This document shows, piece by piece, positions 52,355 through 63,647 of a DNA stretch of 64,000 nt. The stretch is from Tubulanus polymorphus (Eukaryota > Animalia > Nemertea). The position numbers and the translations under genes were made by a program. Position 1 is the stretch's first letter; each line of letters opens with the position of its first letter. Location of the stretch: positions 30,732,299-30,796,298 of the forward strand of contig NC_134025.1 of assembly GCF_964204645.1 (NCBI RefSeq), in the 5' to 3' direction. Under the pieces are notes generated by a model. That model did not search any database. It worked only from the letters and a program-made list of their open reading frames with translations, and had not been told where the DNA came from.

Positions 52355-55300
52355 GAGAGATAGAGCGCTGCAGTTGATCATTGATTCAGTACTGATTCAA
52401 CAGTCTGCGTGTGGATAACTTCATCCAGTCTGGTGCGAGCTCTACCTAAGTCGACGTGGATGTGGATAACTCCCTCCAGTTTGTTATAAGCTCTACGTCA
52501 GTTGATGTGGATGAAGTGAGTTTCAAAAACTGTTGCGTAACATCAATAGATCGAATAACAACAAAGTTATGACAAACATCAAAGCAGAAACTTCTTCACG
52601 AATCACCGGATTGTTATAAGTTATTTGTTTGAAGTGGCTGGAGATATTGAGTAGATGACAGTGAAGTGGGCGTCAACGCGAAATAAACATCGATATAAAC
52701 ATTCTATCAAAATAGAACGCATTCAAGGCTTCGAGGCACGAACGACATCTAACGAAAAAACTGTCAAACGTTTGTTGCGTAATTCACTAATGAGAAATGG
52801 TTGTCGTCGTGGATGAGGATTGTCTGCGTGATATATTAGAGCGCGCGTATTGATTCTATAGCTCGCGATCGGATTAAATTTCTTTCGTCAGTCGTGCTTT
52901 GAAAAAACCTCAATCACATCTCGTTGTATTTTTGTGTTCTTTATTCGCGTGCTTTCATAGCCTCGAGCCTTATACACAATCAGCTCAGCTACATTCTCTC
53001 TCTCTCTCTCTCTCCCGGAGAGCGGACTACTGACACAGCAATCACAATAGACTCTAACATACAGAGAGAAAGAGAGAGGCAGCAGACTCTCTCTACATAC
53101 ACCACTGAGACCAGCAGCCACTGAGACCAGCAGCCACTGAGACCAGCAGCCACTGAGACCAGCAGCCGATGAGACCAGCAGCCGATGAGAGAGGCAGCCA
53201 CTGAGACCAGCAGCCGATGAGACCAGCAGCCACTGAGACCAGCAGCCACTGAGACCAGCAGCCACTGAGACCAGCAGCCACTGAGACCAGCAGCCACTGA
53301 GACCAGCAACCACTGAGACCAGCAACCACTGAGACCAGCAGCCGATGAGAGAGGCAGCCACTGAGACCAGCAGCCGATGAGAGAGGCAGTAACTGAGTCC
53401 AGCAGCCGATGAGAGAGGCAGCCACTGAGACCAGCAGCCGATGAGAGAGGCAGCCACTGAGACCAGCAGCCACTGAGAGAGGCAGTTAGTGAAGCAGACT
53501 CTCTGTGCCACTGAGCGTTATTAACAATACAGGATATAATTAACTATTTACGGATCAAAGTGTCACAGTTTAATTAATCATTATAGATCGGAACTAGGTG
53601 GCGTTAGAATAGACCAGCGGGATATTGACTGATATTGACTCTACATACAGTTCACAGTTGACGCGACGAGCTCCAAACTTTCAGCCACTGAGTGTTTGAG
53701 AGTGTTTTGACGGAGTAGAGAAACCACTGGTATCTCAAGAGCTGTTTGTGTTGTTATAACTACTCAGTCATCATGTTGAATTATCAGTTACACGGTTCTC
53801 ATTGTTTGGCGTGTGGTAATAAGTCGATACCGTTAAACGATGTATCTACATGGATGGAAATGGTTCATCTGATACTTTATTGGGCGCACCCGAGTATCAT
53901 CGGTTTCGGTATCGTCACCGGGGTCGTCAATATAGTAACTCTAGCGCGACAGGTTCAAACGTCAGTCGATACTTACCTCACCGGACTAGCCGTATCGAGC
54001 ACATTGTTGCAGCTATGCGGCGCGTTTCTATGGTTACCGCTTTATATCGGTCATTACACTATTTATCAACAGTTACACGGTTATTTCGTCAGTATCAACG
54101 ACTGGTTTTGGTACACGAGTTTATGGTTGATTCTGGTGATGTCGTTGGAGAGAGTTTTATCGTTGACTCAGAATCAAACTCGTTCGCTGTGTTCGCCGAT
54201 ACAGGCGTGCGTTAGCACAGTGATGGTTTACTGCGTTTGTTTAGCGAGTTCGTTACCGAGATTCTGGGAATACGAAGTGGTCGAATACGTCGACGCGAAG
54301 ACGAACGTAACGGTTTACGTATCTCAGAGATCGGACGTAGCCTCGACCCCCGAGTATACGATCATGTATTTCTGGTATTTGACGAGTATTACGGTATTTT
54401 TACCGATTCCCGTAATGATCGTTTTGACGTGTTTACTCAGTAAAGTTACGCAGAGTCTCGTCTCGTCGACGAAACGACGTCAAACGCCGCGCATCAACAA
54501 CGACCACGAGAACCGTCAACCGCTCACGGGACCGGCCTTTAGTGTTAACCCCGCCGAGGAAACTAACATGACGAGACTTTACATTTCGTTTATCGGTTGT
54601 TACATCGTGTTTACGTCTCCGAGGACATTTTTAGATTTGTTACCGAATCTAACAGTCGGTATTGTCGACACCGATAGTAGTTTCTATCATACTCTTCACG
54701 ATCTGTTTCAAGTTTTGTTCTATTTGAATTTTTCGATTCAGTTTCTATTATTTTTGTCGTATTATAAACATTTCCGTCGCACGCTGAAGTCAATGTGCTG
54801 CTGCTGCTGCTGCTGCGGCTGCAGTGAGGATGAAGATGAAATCCGTAATAAAAACAATCCATACATATAGATGATGGGCAGATTGAGGGGGAAGGGACAG
54901 ATTGAGGGGAGAAGGGACAGATTGAGGGGGAGAAGGGACATATTGAGGGGAGAAGGGACAGATTGAGGGGGAGAAGGGAGGGGACAGATTGAGGGGAGTT
55001 AATAGAAAGTTCAAGTCTAACTGAAACAGGATGAACATGGATAGTTCTAAAATTTGCACTCATAACTGATTGATTCTAAAGAATATATAGATTGTTCAAG
55101 TCTTATAGAAACAGGATAGTTCAGGATAGAACATACAGACCTAACTGAATGATTCTAAGAGTGAAAAGCAAATCTATGGGGGAGAGATCTATAAAATAAC
55201 CGGTAAATCTTCTCTGTAATCAAATGATCAGATTTTGGATTCTGCAATAGATACTGTACATGTGCAGGACAGGGAAAGATCAGTTATTCGAAAGTGAACC

Positions 55301-57181
55301 AGTTGATAACTGATGAAATGATATGTATTCATCCTATTGTTAACTTTAATCAACAGGGTCCAGACCTATGATTAGATGAGGACCCAAAAAGACAACATGT
55401 AAATATGAATCGAGCAATTCAAATACACCGATGTAAGTTCTTCAAACTTTATACCAAAATATTCGAATAGTATTTGTGGCCAGTTGTGAGAACTTTGTTT
55501 ATTGGTTCAGACTGTTGTAAAATATTTTGATAACCGTTTTAAATTATGTGTAAATTGTAATTTGTAGATCAACGTTGTACAAATATGGAGTTAATAAATG
55601 TTTTGTACGTGTAATTTATCACAGTTCTGTTTTAATGATTAACTGATTTATTCAATCAGCGTTACAGCTATCGAAACATAAGTGGAGGAGGCCAAAAACT
55701 TCATCAAAGCAACACTTAAAACAATGCAGTGAAGCTTGTTGCAAACAGTAACTACATGGGGCTGCAGTTGGTAAAGAAGTAAGAGTTAACAGTGGATAGT
55801 TGAAATAGTGACTATCAAAAGTTCATTGTTACTATGGTATTTATCGGTTGGTTATCTTTAACCAACCTTTGAGCAACTGTCCTTAATTAGAATTAACTAA
55901 AATAGAAATAGTCTAATAATCTTGTTTATCAGGAGTACTGCATATTTGAAGGTGACAATTCGGTGGTGTCAAATTTAATTCAACTCCTGACTCAAGAAGA
56001 GAAGAACATTCAACATTTAAGTCTTTTGAACAGACTTTTTAATGTCCACATTCTTCAGCACCAGCACGAGGAAAATATGAAAGCTCCATCTATCAGACAA
56101 AACCTGAGTCTAATCACTAGCAGTTGTTGCAGGGTTCCTAGTATTAAGGTTGATGATAAAAGTAAGCACTCAGATAACCCTGAAAAACATATTCAATAAC
56201 TGATGAAAGTTTAAACAGACCTGTATAAGTATCTAGCTCTGACATGACCCGGTAATTCACTCCATGATTTTAATGCTGTTTTAGATGAATTCACGGCTAA
56301 ATCGACATCTTCTCGAGTTCCTTGACAAGTAGCAGCGAGAACTTCTCCCGTAGCTGGATTCTTATTCTCATAGAATTGTCTTCCTTCTGGTTTCACATAT
56401 TTCCCATCAATAAAATGTCCGAATTGTCGTCCATGATCATCAAACCAAGCCTGAAAATAGAAAACGTGATGATGACAATCCCACAACACTTACTGTGATG
56501 GATCAGTGTTAAGAGGACAGTGATTTTTTTTCTTTGATTATCTGAAATGTCATTCTCTTCTTGGTTTTCTTGGTTTCCCAAGACTAACCCGACGAACTGG
56601 ATTGTTCATTAAACCTCATGAAAGGGCCACGTCCTTTGAAGTATTGCCAAGACTAGAACCCCAGGATCTCGTTTAGAACCCTATTGGATCATTCATAAAC
56701 TAATGATAGGACCACTGACTGGAGCCTTCTTGTGTTGCCCACACGCTACAGCAGGATTCGAACCTCCTCGCTTGCCAGGGTTTGATTGCTTCCCGCTAAA
56801 GCTCATGCCAACACTAACCCTGGCAAGCGAGGGTAGATAGCACTCTTGAGATAGCAAATGCAACGGCATCACAACTTCTTATCCAAAATGAGCATATAAT
56901 TTGTAGCTACTGTACTTAATTCAAAAATCTAATATCAGAACTGTATGTCACTGGGTCCATGTTACTGTCAAAAATTCGGTAACAGAGACATTGATAATGG
57001 GATGGAATACATTCCTATTAATCAACGTTTTACATTCATTTAATTGTTTGTCATTACACGCAGTATACAGATAATATACCTGAGCAACATTAGCAGCCTC
57101 GGGAGCCGGGCCATACGACATCTTATCAAATAAACTACACACTGAATTAGCATCAGCAACGGCTTGATGAGAAGCAGCCAT
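44476..57181 (-). CDS. ALDH16A1: Aldehyde dehydrogenase family 16 member A1 (full ALDH domain plus truncated second domain)
   Basis: [70 protein letters not shown], ending [13 protein letters not shown]. About 13 exons. Confidence 0.96.
48786..49341. repeat. Intronic minisatellite built from 12- and 18-bp modules (gtactacctcag / gctcag)
   Basis: Lies in the ALDH16A1 intron ~48670-49545. Gives the EVVPEP (-) and LPQAQV (+) repetitive ORFs. Confidence 0.97.
49867..50285. repeat. 20-bp minisatellite (agccagttccacagttctga) x ~20
   Basis: Tandem units in an ALDH16A1 intron. The core equals the TIR of MITE family A. Confidence 0.95.
51364..51650. repeat. 47-bp tandem repeat x ~6 derived from the interior of MITE family B
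   Basis: Unit accagtctaagttcattttggttctat..ccaatctaacaacttaag. Confidence 0.93.
52284..52362. repeat. (GA)n microsatellite
   Basis: About 30 GA units upstream of the nested GPCR. Confidence 0.95.
53102..53485. repeat. 16-bp minisatellite (ccactgagaccagcag) x ~23
   Basis: Tandem units with ccgatgagagaggcag variants, immediately 5' of the GPCR ORF. Confidence 0.95.
53773..54870 (+). CDS. Intronless class A GPCR, FMRFamide/sex-peptide/myosuppressin-receptor-like, nested antisense in an ALDH16A1 intron
   Basis: ORF with 7 hydrophobic segments: TYLTGLAVS (TM2), [12 protein letters not shown] (TM3), SLPRFWEY (TM4), LPIPVMIVL (TM5), [11 protein letters not shown]...KHFRRTL (TM7/H8), and a poly-Cys tail. 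First ATG at 53773. Confidence 0.88.
   Translation: MLNYQLHGSHCLACGNKSIPLNDVSTWMEMVHLILYWAHPSIIGFGIVTGVVNIVTLARQVQTSVDTYLTGLAVSSTLLQLCGAFLWLPLYIGHYTIYQQLHGYFVSINDWFWYTSLWLILVMSLERVLSLTQNQTRSLCSPIQACVSTVMVYCVCLASSLPRFWEYEVVEYVDAKTNVTVYVSQRSDVASTPEYTIMYFWYLTSITVFLPIPVMIVLTCLLSKVTQSLVSSTKRRQTPRINNDHENRQPLTGPAFSVNPAEETNMTRLYISFIGCYIVFTSPRTFLDLLPNLTVGIVDTDSSFYHTLHDLFQVLFYLNFSIQFLLFLSYYKHFRRTLKSMCCCCCCCGCSEDEDEIRNKNNPYI
54878..55000. repeat. ~21-bp G-rich tandem repeat right after the GPCR stop
   Basis: gggacagattgaggggagaa x ~6. Confidence 0.9.
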
Positions 57182-57323
57182 TATCGCGTCGACGAGGTCG
57201 TGAGGAGGCTCAGAATAAACTTAATTGATTTGAATTGATTGAATTGTTACTGCGGGTCGCAACAAGTTTGCTATAAAGATTCGTTACAGTGTCAACAATT
57301 TTGTCATTTTTTTCGCAGAGAAA
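57182..57323. promoter_or_regulatory. Very short divergent spacer (probable bidirectional promoter or overlapping 5' UTRs) between ALDH16A1 and PIH1D1
   Basis: Only 142 bp separate the two ATGs (57181 on -, 57324 on +). Confidence 0.65.
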
Positions 57324-59237
57324 ATGACAGATACCGATTCAAAACAGTTTTTAGACGCGCTGGGAGGAGATGAGCGACTATACCAACAATTACTGTTAGA
57401 GGTAATGTTCCATGTTTATATCTATTTAACCGTATATCGTGATATTCGATTAGAAATTCCATAAAAACTCGTTACAGAGGAAAAACCGTCCTATCAAGTT
57501 CAATTCAAATTTCTGATTATTTGATCACACATAACATTGGTATTTTTTTAGGCGGCGAAGAATGAAGGGATCCCACAAGCTGCAGCAGCGCCGTACCACA
57601 CAGTCACCCCTAAACCAGGTATCAATCACTTCACATATTTATTGCGTAATTTTATAGTTTTTTAAAGCGTTTTTTCCTTTTGGTGCCAACTTATTCATTA
57701 TATCTATTTACAGCGTTTTGTGTGAAATCTGTGAATAAAGGAAACAATGAGAAGATTTTCATAAATGTTTGCACAGAAGAAAGTGTAAGTATTTTGTTAG
57801 CTAAACTAGTATCGAACTAGTTTATGATTATATAATTTCAATCCATGCTCTTAAATCGTTTCAGCTTCCTAAAGCTAAAGATATCAGCGAAGAGGAACTA
57901 ATTGAAGTTTTACAATCGTTGGATCCATCGTCCTATCGAGTTCCTATGAGTCTAGGAGAACCTCACGCAGAAACAGACCTCAGTAAGTCATTCAACCTTA
58001 AAAATGAAATCTATTTTAATCTAATAAGAATTAAAATGATACTGAATGAGATGATTTTTTCGACTCACTAGAGACCCTTGTCAGGTGTCGAAAGGTTTCG
58101 CTAAATTGATTTAATATTTTCAGAGGGTATGGGCTGTACTGCGTATGATGTAGTAGTGAATCCTAATTTCTTACAGAAGGTCAATGGAAGCCATACATTT
58201 ATGGGATTCTTTATGACTGTAGTTTTAGAAGGATTAGAATACAAATATAACATAGAAATAGACAGAGGTATGTATTCAATTATCTGGGGGGGGGGGAGAG
58301 GAGGCAGTCAAATTATATTTTCAATTTTAAGTATTGTTAACATAGGGAAGAGAAATGTTTTACCTCCCTTGCCCCCCTTCCTCCACGGAGTAGTCACTTT
58401 TTGAATAGCGCTTTATCATGATGTTAAGTTTACTCTTTTACTTTTTAGAATGGAAGATTCTTAAGAATAAAAAGTTCCATGGTAAAATTCAACCGCAAAA
58501 TGTTCGAAGTCAACACAAACCTTGGATAATGGATATGGATAAGTAAGAATCAGTCAAATTAATATATTTTTCTATCTAATTGTTTTGTCTAACTGTTCTG
58601 AATTTGTTTTTCTTTTAAAGTCCATACGAACCGTCAGGAATAGCCTCGAAAAATTCTAAACCACTCATCAGTGAAATGAAAGAAAACTCAAAACCAAGGT
58701 ACAAAAAAACGTTTCAAACTTTCAGTTCGATAATGAATTTCCAACTGAAATCATCTCAATTATTTTACAATGTGTTTTATTGTAGAGAAACGGAACCAAA
58801 ATATCTGATTGTTCAAGATCCTCCTGAGGGACATCCAGAATTCCTTGTAGCTGAAATACAACTCCCTAAAGTAGTAAGTAGAGGTCTTACGATCAGATTA
58901 AGTCGAAATAGTAAACTGAATTATTTTATATTCTCTGATTTTGACCTTGTTTCAGAAAAGTGCGAACACATTAAGTTTAGACGTTGGTGAAGATAGGATC
59001 GTTTTACAAACACGATCAAATGTAAATCATTTAGATATATATTTACCGTTTAATATCGTACAAGAGGAATGTGGCGCACAGTTTAATAAAAATACTCAGG
59101 TAATATCTCTATTAGATACTATGTGTTATTACAGTTAGACTGGGGAGATATGAATAAGATTTTCACTTCGAATGTTTATATACGTATTTCAGATTCTGAC
59201 GATTACTATGATTGTGCAGCCAGCTGTCTGTAGTTAA
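57324..59237 (+). CDS. PIH1D1: PIH1 domain-containing protein 1 (R2TP subunit)
   Basis: VTPKPAFCVKS, EKIFINVC, YRVPMSLGEPHAETD, GCTAYDVVVN, WKILKNKKFHG, LVAEIQLPKV, LSLDVGEDRI, HLDIYLPF, AQFNKNTQILTITM. About 10 short exons. Confidence 0.93.
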
Positions 59238-59740
59238 TTCAACCATTTCTAATCCTTTTATTTGTTATTTATTACAAATGTGAAATAAACAATTTATATA
59301 TAGATTTGTCAAACATATTGCGTTTGTCTCTCTTGTCTATGGCATCTCGAAACGCGGTTGCTTATTTTGGTTTTCTGTTCCGGTTGGTCTCAATTGAACA
59401 TCATATTTACGGTACAACTCATTTACAAGATATTTGGTCGACTCGATTGAGAGTGCTTAGTTTTGGTGGATTGATCACTGCACTGCACATCGAGATCCTC
59501 ACCCGATGGAAGCCGTAAACAGAAGCCTAAATGACCTTTTTAATTTCAGCAAAAGATTATTGAACATTGTGTCAGTTACAATATGGTCCAATCAATCACG
59601 AGGATTAGTCCATAGAGAATGATTGACAACTAGTCACCACACCTGACTGGTCACTACGGCACAATCGGTCACCACACCTGACTGGTCACCAGTAACAACC
59701 ACACCGACCGGACAAGCTTACAGACCACCACTTCCAGTTC

Positions 59741-59818
59741 GTCTCGGTAGCCTAGTGGTTATAACTCCCGCCTTGCTAGCTAGAGGTCACAAGATCGACG
59801 CTACATCAGGTGTTTTTT
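59741..59818 (+). pseudogene. tRNA-derived fragment (SINE head or tRNA pseudogene)
   Basis: A-box-like tagcctagtggtt, degenerate B-box (agatcgacgc) and a T-run. No closed cloverleaf found. Confidence 0.35.
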
Positions 59819-60000
59819 CAGCGCCCCGGAAATGAAAATTTTTTGGTATATTTTCAGTGTCCTAACTTTTCCCTTTTCTCTTTTAATTTAGCTCATTCCT
59901 CTCCGCTGCTCCATGAATATTCCATCGAAGATTTTTATAACAGCAGATATATAAACGTAAACTCAATGTAAACTTTATTGAAAAAGTGATAATTTGTATT

Positions 60001-61402
60001 TTATTGCAGACCTTTTAATTGTGGCATACATAGATTATAAAACGAATTCTGATCAAAATCACTGATATTTCTCCAATGAACAAATCCTTCAGAAATCAGT
60101 TTCTCACGTTCAACATTCCCTACAAAATGTGGATCCTGAAAAATAGAAAATTAACGAAATTATCAAACCGCTAAAAGATGTTTGTACGAGGAGAATAAAC
60201 GAGGAGTCTATTTACCACGATCAATAAACTGGAATTCATCCCATCTGTTTTTAAACCCATAATTCCTTTTGATGAATTATCTGTGTTTCCACCTACGAAA
60301 CAAGTAAAACATTTCTGTAATCAATCGAAAAAAAATCCTATATTGGTTCAGGAATGGAGGGTGTTCAGGCCATAATTTGAGCTTGGAAAATAAAAGACTC
60401 CAATGATGGTAAATCCATCTGTGGCTTGGAAAAGAATTGCCACCAAAATATGCTAAAAAGTGTCAGTGGAATGAACCACATTTTGGGCAGATGAACATCG
60501 TAGCTAGAATGAAGCACTTCTCATGACAGGGTGAAATATACACTAGGACTCTGTGGAAATCGCTCCAGTCTCCTGGTTACATACCCATCATAATCGGACA
60601 GCCGAATTTGACAAAATGTTGTTTAATTTCATCTACGTATTTATGAAGCTCCGATCCACTGTGGATGTGGACTATTTTACATGGAGTCTACAATAGCAAC
60701 AAACAAGAAATAATTGTCAATGATAATAAAATTGATGATTATTTCAATGACAAATCGTCATTTCTTACATCGTAGACTTTATCTAAAACTAAGCCGACTT
60801 CGACGCTACCAATCCATAGTTTAGAGCCGATAAAAGAAGATTCTTTATCACCCATCGCGCTGAGTAATTCTTGAATATTTCTAATCGATGGAACGTCTGC
60901 AACATTCATCTGATTATTCCGTATTTGCTGTTTTCTGATCCATGATGCTAATGATTGTAGAGTCCGATACCCGCATCCCCAGCCCTGTAATATCATCGTA
61001 ACAAATGAGCCACGATTCTGAGAGGTCCATGCCTACTATGAAATTCATTTTTTGCCATTTACGCGTGAGATTTCATTTTTTTGCGAGGTTTGCTCCGATC
61101 CTTGAAAAATCCTGGCATGGCTTGTTTTCGGAGCAAACAACACTTTTAAATTTATGTCGTTGAATCATCATCTGGTTTTGATCGAACTATAAAGTTTTTG
61201 GTATTTGTACAATTGAATTGTCTATAACCCCCCCCCAAAAAAAAACAAAACAAACTATAGTATCACTTACGTAGTCATTGACGCCATCACATCCATAATG
61301 ATAATACTGATAATCACCACGAGTCAGATAGATCTCTACCTTATCATCATTAGATACAGCGGCCGGTAAATACTGATGAACATTCTCTTTCAGTGACGTC
61401 AT
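60001..61402 (-). CDS. UFSP1: Ufm1-specific protease 1-like (catalytic domain only, peptidase C78)
   Basis: GDYQYYHYGCDGVNDY|GWGCGYRTLQS, WIGSVE, GCPIMMGGNTDNSSKGIMG, LLIVDPHFVG, ending FYNLCMPQLKGLQ*. Five coding exons, no UFSP2 N-terminal domain. Confidence 0.88.
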
Positions 61403-62196
61403 CTGAAAAAATTCAATACAGTCGGATAATTCGTGTCAATGGACTTAGATTAGTCGAACATCCGCAAGATTAACAAACAAACAAACAAACAAATTATTAT
61501 CATGTTATCTCTTTTTTAATCCCAATCTGTATTTCGAATATAATTTACTAAGTGTATGATCGTCATCTGGATAAGTCGTCACATTTTACTGAAATCATCT
61601 CAATTTTTGAGTCTCAGCTTGTATTTGCTATTACTGATATTTAAGTGTAAGTCGCCATATTGGGATTAGTGGTCATCCCCCCAACAACTACAATAAAATA
61701 GAGTTCCATCGTAAACGCACATATTTTCACTGGCATTTTTTGTCACTCTGTTAGCTAGAAATACTACTTATTAGAAAAATTTAATAATTCTTTCATATTC
61801 AAATTTTTGGAAAATTGTGGTCGTGTCACTCTGTCTGGTTGTGTAATCATCATGTTATGTGACCACAGTCAGTGAGATTATGGTCAGTATGAGACGGCAA
61901 ACAAACCTTACACAGACCACTCATACGCAATCTATAGATTGACCAAATAGGTCGGATTTGGATTATTCTGGTACAAACCAGTTTGTGGCCTGTACGACAA
62001 AGGTGACGTTATTGTTACGTGATGATGGTAGCGGCTTCACTTTATACCCGTCATGTACACGGGAATCTTACAATGAAACAGTGATTAGAATGCAGTTTTT
62101 CCTAGTAGAGATTTGAGGCCAATGACGAGAGAAATCCCACAATAACGAACGAAGCCAAGATAGAAAAATTCTATATCAGAATGATTGTATTTGAGG

Positions 62197-62237
62197 CGCG
62201 ACGTTTCGGCTAACAACTGTTTGCCATCATCAGGCGT
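62197..62237 (-). ncRNA. Minimal type I hammerhead ribozyme motif (inverted copy)
   Basis: Reverse complement cgc-CTGATGA-tggcaaacagttgttagcc-GAAACGTC-gcg, with stem I cgc/gcg. Confidence 0.65.
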
Positions 62238-62260
62238 ACAACTGTTAGCCATCATCAGTA

Positions 62261-62300
62261 CGCCTGATGATGGCTAACAGTTGTAAGCCGAAACGTCGCT
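62261..62300 (+). ncRNA. Minimal type I hammerhead ribozyme motif
   Basis: cgc-CTGATGA-tggct...aagcc-GAAACGTC-gc: core boxes, stem II ggct/agcc, self-complementary stem III. Confidence 0.65.
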
Positions 62301-63514
62301 CCTCAAATACAATCATTCTGATATAGAATTTTTCTATCTTGGCTTCGTTCGTTATTGTGGGATTTCTCTCGCCATCATCATACACGGATATTGTGTATCT
62401 TCTCGTCTAATTGAGGCCAATATTTTCAGGTGAACTGAAGGCAGTATGTTATGTACCATTATTACACTTTAAATGTAACAGTGGCCTCTTAACTACGTGT
62501 CCCTAGTCCAACCACAGACTCTTTGATCTCTCTTCGTTTTAGGGTCCATGTCCCAACAACATAAATCATTAAGTGTACGTCTCCTCGATGTAGGCGGTTG
62601 GGGGTGTTTGTTTGTTTATTATCCCCGCAATCTGTCCACACAATCCTATAATTATTCTATTGATTCATTTATATCGTTGTGTCCGACTTTGTTTCAAAAT
62701 ATCATAAGCTGCTTTTCTCATTCGTAACGCAATACACAATGAAGTTTACAGAGGAATCGACCGTGAGATGATTGAGTACTAAACTTTGTATTCTTTTCAC
62801 AAAATTGTGGTCATGTTAAATAGGAAATTAATTTTTTTCGATTCATTTTTCAGCTCATGTCCGGACGTCAATGATTTTTCCAGGTTAAGCGAATGATTCT
62901 TTTCTGCGAGAAAAACGTCACAGAAAATCCCTAGTAATGCACTGTGGGGAAAAGTGAAATTTAGTCACAAGCCGTGGCCCACGTATGATAATCATATTTG
63001 TACAATAGTAGCTGATTTGATAAATCATCTTGTTATCACTTGTAAATACAATGTATACTGTATACAATGTATACGGTATACAATGTATACAATTACAAAA
63101 CACAATGTATACATTTTATCGCGCTGAGTCGATCGTAGAAAAAGAAACGACCGGTGGAGATAACGACACCGCGGCCCGCTAACCGATAACCTCAATAATT
63201 CCATATTTCTGCGTCTCTTCGTCTACAGATAACCGCTGTAATCAGTTTCGTAATTCATCGATAAAAAATACTTTAAAAAGATTGTCAGATAAGATAGAAC
63301 AGTTGAAACAGTATATTTCCTAAAACGATAAATATATAGTTCATATTTGAACTGATAAAATGTTTGATAGATAAGGCTAATCGAACAAGTACGAATGGGT
63401 AATGTTGTTCATAAACAGAGTAACACGTGGATCATTAATCAATAGAACTGTCACTGTACAGTGCAGTAGAGCGGGTAGAACGGGCCAGTGTTTCTATCGT
63501 GTTTCATCCTTCAA

Positions 63515-63647
63515 ATGGACTGTCATCTGCTGAATACTCCGGCATTAATTGCCAAAAAGAGAGATGGACATACCTTAACAAAATCAGAGATTCAATATTT
63601 CATCGATGGAGTTGTGAACGGTGATAATGTAGAGCTGGCGCAACTTG
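63515..63647 (+). CDS. TYMP: Thymidine phosphorylase, first coding exon (rest outside the window)
   Basis: MDCHLLNTPALIAKKRDGHTLTKSEIQYFIDGVVNGDNVELAQLG matches the thymidine phosphorylase N-terminal pattern (KRDG..L...EI...F...Q.G) and is followed by a GT donor. Too short for the ORF track. Confidence 0.85.

Larger units (their letters stand above)
62124..62410. mobile_element. Penelope-like inverted terminal-repeat remnant with hammerhead motifs
   Basis: ~110-bp arms in inverted orientation (62126-62371), flanked by the direct repeat ttgaggccaat at 62113-62123 and 62411-62421. Confidence 0.75.

Noticed and set aside
52888-53511. [13 protein letters not shown] repeat ORFs
   Set aside because: Translation of a 16-bp minisatellite in all frames.
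59741-59818. Functional tRNA gene
   Set aside because: The T-arm/B-box is degenerate and the acceptor stem does not close; kept only as a low-confidence tRNA-derived fragment.
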